Origin: Pseudomonadota bacterium
GTDB lineage: Bacteria > Bdellovibrionota_C > UBA2361 > OMII01
Direction of reading: 5' to 3'
Length of the DNA stretch: 57,547 nt
Assembly (NCBI GenBank): GCA_027485595.1
Contig: JAIXQT010000132.1
Location: forward strand, 1-57,547
The position numbers were made by a program, and so were the translations under genes. How positions within the stretch are numbered: the first letter of the stretch is position 1; every line of letters starts with the position of its first letter. This document shows positions 54,285-57,547 of this stretch, piece after piece. A model generated the notes under the pieces. That model ran no database searches. It was not told the origin of the DNA and was given only the letters and a program-made list of their open reading frames with translations.

Positions 54285-54512
54285 ATGATTACTCGAACTC
54301 TCCTTGCTCTCGTGTGCGCGGCTAGCTTTGCGGCGTGCTCGCTTGGCGCTCAACCTTCCCCTGAAAAAGCTGCCTGTGGACATGAGTGCACCTGTCCATC
54401 GTCAAGCTGTTCCTGTGAAGGATGTAACAGCCATAAGGGTGGCGAAGGTTGTACCTGTGGGGACGCCCACGGAGCTTCAGCAGCGGCCAAGGGCGGGCAC
54501 TCCTGTCATTAA
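54285..54512 (+). CDS. small Cys/His-rich lipoprotein (metallothionein-like, 75 aa)
   Basis: MITRTLLALVCAASFAACSLG (lipobox FAAC) is followed by ACGHECTCPSSSCSCEGCNSHKGGEGCTCGDAHG...GGHSCH. The ATG at 54285 is preceded by AGAGG. The ORF-track frame opens at 54186. Confidence 0.55.
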   Translation: MITRTLLALVCAASFAACSLGAQPSPEKAACGHECTCPSSSCSCEGCNSHKGGEGCTCGDAHGASAAAKGGHSCH

Positions 54513-54526
54513 GATGATGATCGCGC

Positions 54527-54555
54527 GGGGCCGAGGGGTTGTATCCCTCGGCCCC
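54527..54555. terminator. hairpin between the convergent metallothionein-like gene and polA
   Basis: GGGGCCGAGGG gttgtat CCCTCGGCCCC forms an 11-bp GC-rich stem. The flanking U-tracts are weak. Confidence 0.55.
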
Positions 54556-54566
54556 GAGAACTTGAT

Positions 54567-57305
54567 TTATGCCTGCGCCTCTGTCCAGGTCCTTCCACTT
54601 CCCGCGTCAACTTTGAGAGGCACTGAGAGCTCCATTACGCTCTCCATCGCCTCTTGCACGGATCTCATCAGCTTCTCGTTCTCGGCTGCGCCTCTGTCGG
54701 CTGCTTCAATGAGCAGTTCGTCGTGAATCTGGAGGATGAGCTTCGCGTCGATGCCCGATGAGCGAAGCATTGAATCAACCTTGATCATCGCAATCTTGAT
54801 GATATCGGCCGCGGATCCTTGGAGCGGGGCATTAATCGCCGCTCGCATAGCGAATCCTGAATCACGGCCGCTCGTATCGATGGCGCTGATAACACGCTTT
54901 CGTCCGAAGATCGTCTGCACCTCTCCATTCGACATCGCGGCGTCCTCAAGCTTCGCGAAGTATTCCTTCACGCGAGGGTACCGAGCGAAGTAGTTGTTAA
55001 TGTAAGTGGTCGCTTGGTGAACCGGGATGCCGAGCTCTCGACTGAGTCGAAAGGCTCCCATGCCGTAGACAATGCCGAAGTTAATGGTCTTTCCGATCCG
55101 CCGAATCTCGTCCGACACCTCATCGAAAGCCCCCAGCCCCATGATCTCTCGGGCGGTGTTAGCGTGAATGTCGGTTCCCTCGTTGAATGCCGCTATCATG
55201 TTCTTATCGCCGCTGAGGTGCGCGAGGAGTCGGAGCTCGATCTGAGAGTAATCGGCCGCGATGAAGAACTTTCCTGACTCAGGAATAAACGCTGAGCGGA
55301 TACGTCGTCCTGCCTCACTCTGAACGGGAATGTTCTGCAAGTTCGGATCGGAGCTTGAGAGACGTCCGGTGCTCGTGACCGTTTGATTGAGGCGCGTGTG
55401 AACTCGACCCGTCTTAGGATTGATGACCTGCGCGAGCGCATCGGTGTAGGTAGACTTCAATTTGTGCAACGACCGGTACTCGAGGATCAGGGCCGGAAGT
55501 GGATGGACTTCCGCCAACTTCTCAAGCACGGAGGAATCGGTGGAGAGTCCGGTCTTTGTCTTCTTGACCCCCTTAGTGGAGATGCCTAGCTTGTCGAAGA
55601 AGATCTCCGCGAGCTGCTTTGGCGAGTTGATGTTGAATTGCTGCCCAGCGTGGGAGTAGATCTGCTTTTCAAGTTCACTCAGCTGACCCGCGAATTCCGC
55701 GGACATAGACTCAAGAGTTTTCGCGTCTACTTTTACGCCCTCTCGTTCCATTCGGGCGAGAACAGGGACAAGGGGCACCTCGAGCTTCTCAAATACCTTG
55801 GTGAGACCTTCCTCCTCGAGGCGGGGGCCAAGGATCCCCTTCAAGAGCCACGCGTAGTGCGCGTCTTGGCACGCGTACTGAGTCGCCGCCTCAATCGTAA
55901 CGCCAGAGAAGTTCTCCGCTCCATCCGTTACCTCATCGTACTCAATCACCGGGAGGTGTAAGAACTCTTCGGCGAGAGCGGTGAGGTTAAAGCTTCGGCT
56001 GTCAGGATTGAGCAGATAGGCCGCGACCATCGTGTCGAAGGCGATCCCCTCGACGGAAATACCGTTCAGCTCAAGGATGCTGATATCGTACTTGATGTTT
56101 TGCCCGCTCTTCTTCACCTCGGGATTGGCGAAGTGACGCGTTGTATGTTCGACGAAGGAGCTCCACGTAACCTGCCCTTCGGCGCCCTTATGTCCAACAG
56201 GAATGTAGTACGCGACCTTGTCATCCCAGCATACGGAGATACCCACGATCTCAGCGTTGTGAATCTCAAGGGCCGTGGTTTCTAGATCGAAGGCGAAATC
56301 TTTTTGTTGGAGAAACTCTTCGCACCACGCTGGAAAATCCGCGGCGAGGATCGTTTTGTACGTGTAGTGCTCGCTGGTCTTCTGTCGCGCCGCCGCGCCG
56401 AGTACGTTTTTGAACTCCTTAAAGAGGGTGGTGAATTCAAACCGATTAAAGAGGTCCCCGAGGTGCTCCGCGTCGACGTCGCGCTTTGAGAGAAGCTCGT
56501 CAATGTTCTCCCCGTCTCCTGAGATCTCTTGCAGGGGGACCTTGCTATCGACCTCAACGAGCTTTCGCGCAAGACGAAGTTGGTCGAGGTTTGCCTCGAT
56601 GGTCTCCGCGATCTTCTTTCGATTTCGGATCTCTGCGTCGCTCTTGATCGCCTCAATGTTTGAGATGACTCCCTCGACATCGTTGTATTTCACGATTAGT
56701 TGCGCCGCTGTTTTTGGTCCGACGCCATCGACGCCAGGAACGTTGTCAGAGGTATCTCCGGTGAGCGCGAGAACCTCCGTCACCTGTGTCGGTCCAACAC
56801 CAAACTTTTCTACCACCTCAGGTGCTTTGTAGCGTGTGTCCTTCATGGTGTCCCAGATGGTGACGTGATCGCTCACGAGCTGCATGAGATCTTTATCACC
56901 TGACACGATCACCACATCCTTTTTTTGCGCGACGAGCTTAGCGGTGAGTGTCGCGATGATGTCATCAGCCTCATATCCGGGAGCCTCAAGCACCGGGAGT
57001 CCGATGGCCTTCGAGAGCTCTCGGAAGTAGGGCATCTGTTGCACGAGCTCTGGTGGACACTCGTCGCGATTCGCTTTGTATTCCGGGTAGAGATCGTTTC
57101 GGAAGGTCTTCCTACCGGCGTCAAAGATGATCGCGACCTTCGACGAATTCGCTGTGTCGATCGTTTTTAAAACCATCTTCAGGAAACCGAAGAGGGCGTT
57201 TGTTGGGAACCCGTCCTTAGTGCTTAACCGTTGTATCGCGTAGAAGGCGCGGAAGATGTAGCCAGATCCATCGATGAGGTAGGTGGTTTCGTGCGGTTGG
57301 GTCAT
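54567..57305 (-). CDS. polA: DNA polymerase I
   Basis: 912 aa with a 5-prime nuclease N-terminus (YLIDGSGYIFRAFYA), a 3-prime to 5-prime exonuclease domain (FAFDLETTAL), and polymerase motifs A (ADYSQIELRLLAH), B (RRIGKTINFGIVYGM) and C (LQIHDELL). Confidence 0.97.
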   Translation of the reverse strand: MTQPHETTYLIDGSGYIFRAFYAIQRLSTKDGFPTNALFGFLKMVLKTIDTANSSKVAIIFDAGRKTFRNDLYPEYKANRDECPPELVQQMPYFRELSKAIGLPVLEAPGYEADDIIATLTAKLVAQKKDVVIVSGDKDLMQLVSDHVTIWDTMKDTRYKAPEVVEKFGVGPTQVTEVLALTGDTSDNVPGVDGVGPKTAAQLIVKYNDVEGVISNIEAIKSDAEIRNRKKIAETIEANLDQLRLARKLVEVDSKVPLQEISGDGENIDELLSKRDVDAEHLGDLFNRFEFTTLFKEFKNVLGAAARQKTSEHYTYKTILAADFPAWCEEFLQQKDFAFDLETTALEIHNAEIVGISVCWDDKVAYYIPVGHKGAEGQVTWSSFVEHTTRHFANPEVKKSGQNIKYDISILELNGISVEGIAFDTMVAAYLLNPDSRSFNLTALAEEFLHLPVIEYDEVTDGAENFSGVTIEAATQYACQDAHYAWLLKGILGPRLEEEGLTKVFEKLEVPLVPVLARMEREGVKVDAKTLESMSAEFAGQLSELEKQIYSHAGQQFNINSPKQLAEIFFDKLGISTKGVKKTKTGLSTDSSVLEKLAEVHPLPALILEYRSLHKLKSTYTDALAQVINPKTGRVHTRLNQTVTSTGRLSSSDPNLQNIPVQSEAGRRIRSAFIPESGKFFIAADYSQIELRLLAHLSGDKNMIAAFNEGTDIHANTAREIMGLGAFDEVSDEIRRIGKTINFGIVYGMGAFRLSRELGIPVHQATTYINNYFARYPRVKEYFAKLEDAAMSNGEVQTIFGRKRVISAIDTSGRDSGFAMRAAINAPLQGSAADIIKIAMIKVDSMLRSSGIDAKLILQIHDELLIEAADRGAAENEKLMRSVQEAMESVMELSVPLKVDAGSGRTWTEAQA

Positions 57306-57379
57306 GCACGGAGGTTACGAGGCGAGCGCCGGGGGGTCAACTGTTTGGAGTAGGGTTGGAAGAGGATGTTTTTCCGGAG

Positions 57380-57450
57380 GGCCCGTCTCCTGACGGGCCG
57401 GGTATGTGCGAATGTTTCGGTGCGAGCTCCGGCCCGTAAGGATACGGGCC
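57380..57450. repeat. two hairpins with an identical 7-bp stem upstream of polA
   Basis: GGCCCGT ctcctg ACGGGCC is at 57380-57399 and GGCCCGT aaggat ACGGGCC is at 57431-57450. A third ACGGGCC half-site is near 57532. Confidence 0.5.
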
Positions 57451-57547
57451 CTTGTATGTTCACAGAACCTTCTTTTTGTAGTTTGAAAGGAGCACGGCAG
57501 GGAGAAGGTGCCCGCCGGGGAGACAGTTCGTACGGGCCCTAGCATTA

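Noticed and set aside
57315-57545. A 76-aa minus-strand ORF lies upstream of polA.
   Set aside because: Its Arg/Pro/Thr-rich composition is not protein-like, and it overlaps the twin hairpins. It is probably non-coding.
1-57547. I looked for tRNA, rRNA, tmRNA, riboswitch and CRISPR signatures.
   Set aside because: I found no T-loop/acceptor-type tRNA patterns (the GGTTCGA-like hits at about 21904 and 42065 are inside coding genes). I found no rRNA-like stretches, no spaced direct-repeat arrays and no leader structures that I could match to a known riboswitch. A tRNAscan/Infernal run would be the decisive check.

Overview
This is a 57.5-kb chromosomal window from a diderm (Gram-negative-type) bacterium. 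That assignment rests on minCDE, a TolC/RND efflux system and many lipobox lipoproteins. I could not place it taxonomically from sequence alone. I call about 55 protein genes and found no rRNA, tRNA or CRISPR array.

Housekeeping genes: gpmI (partial, at the left edge), minC-minD-minE, pgpA, pyrF, an RNase II/R-family exoribonuclease, cardiolipin synthase and polA.

Transport genes: an ABC-2 ATPase plus two permeases, czcCBA heavy-metal RND efflux, livHMG and an AI-2E transporter.

Accessory blocks:
- An SF1 RecD/Dda-like helicase.
- An ECF sigma / anti-sigma / secreted-protein operon.
- A 984-aa tandem pectate-lyase-fold protein.
- A stress-protein cluster (YciE-like, GlsB/YeaQ, a basic histone-like protein).
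- A lipid-related trio (alpha/beta hydrolase, DUF4105, Cls).
- A glycoside hydrolase and a PhoPQ-related protein.
- A small mobile-looking islet (ORF6N, NUDIX, amber-interrupted DUF4160, DUF2442).
- A Cys-repeat secreted protein, a SAMHD1-like HD protein and a Cys/His-rich lipoprotein.

The most unusual signal is non-coding. A family of TA-flanked inverted-repeat (MITE-like) elements occurs 6 times as full copies or solo ends. No transposase is present in the window. In four independent cases the terminal TAG/TAA of the element is also the stop codon of the gene reading into it. Long copies also carry an inner palindromic module, which also occurs on its own at 46.7 kb and shows compensatory base changes between copies.

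Two other small repeat classes occur only in intergenic DNA: phased CGTG hexamer arrays, and a perfect 23-bp hairpin with a 17-nt partial copy elsewhere.

Protein family names come from my own reading of the translations, not from database searches. Hand-mapped coordinates of non-ORF features may be off by 1-2 nt.
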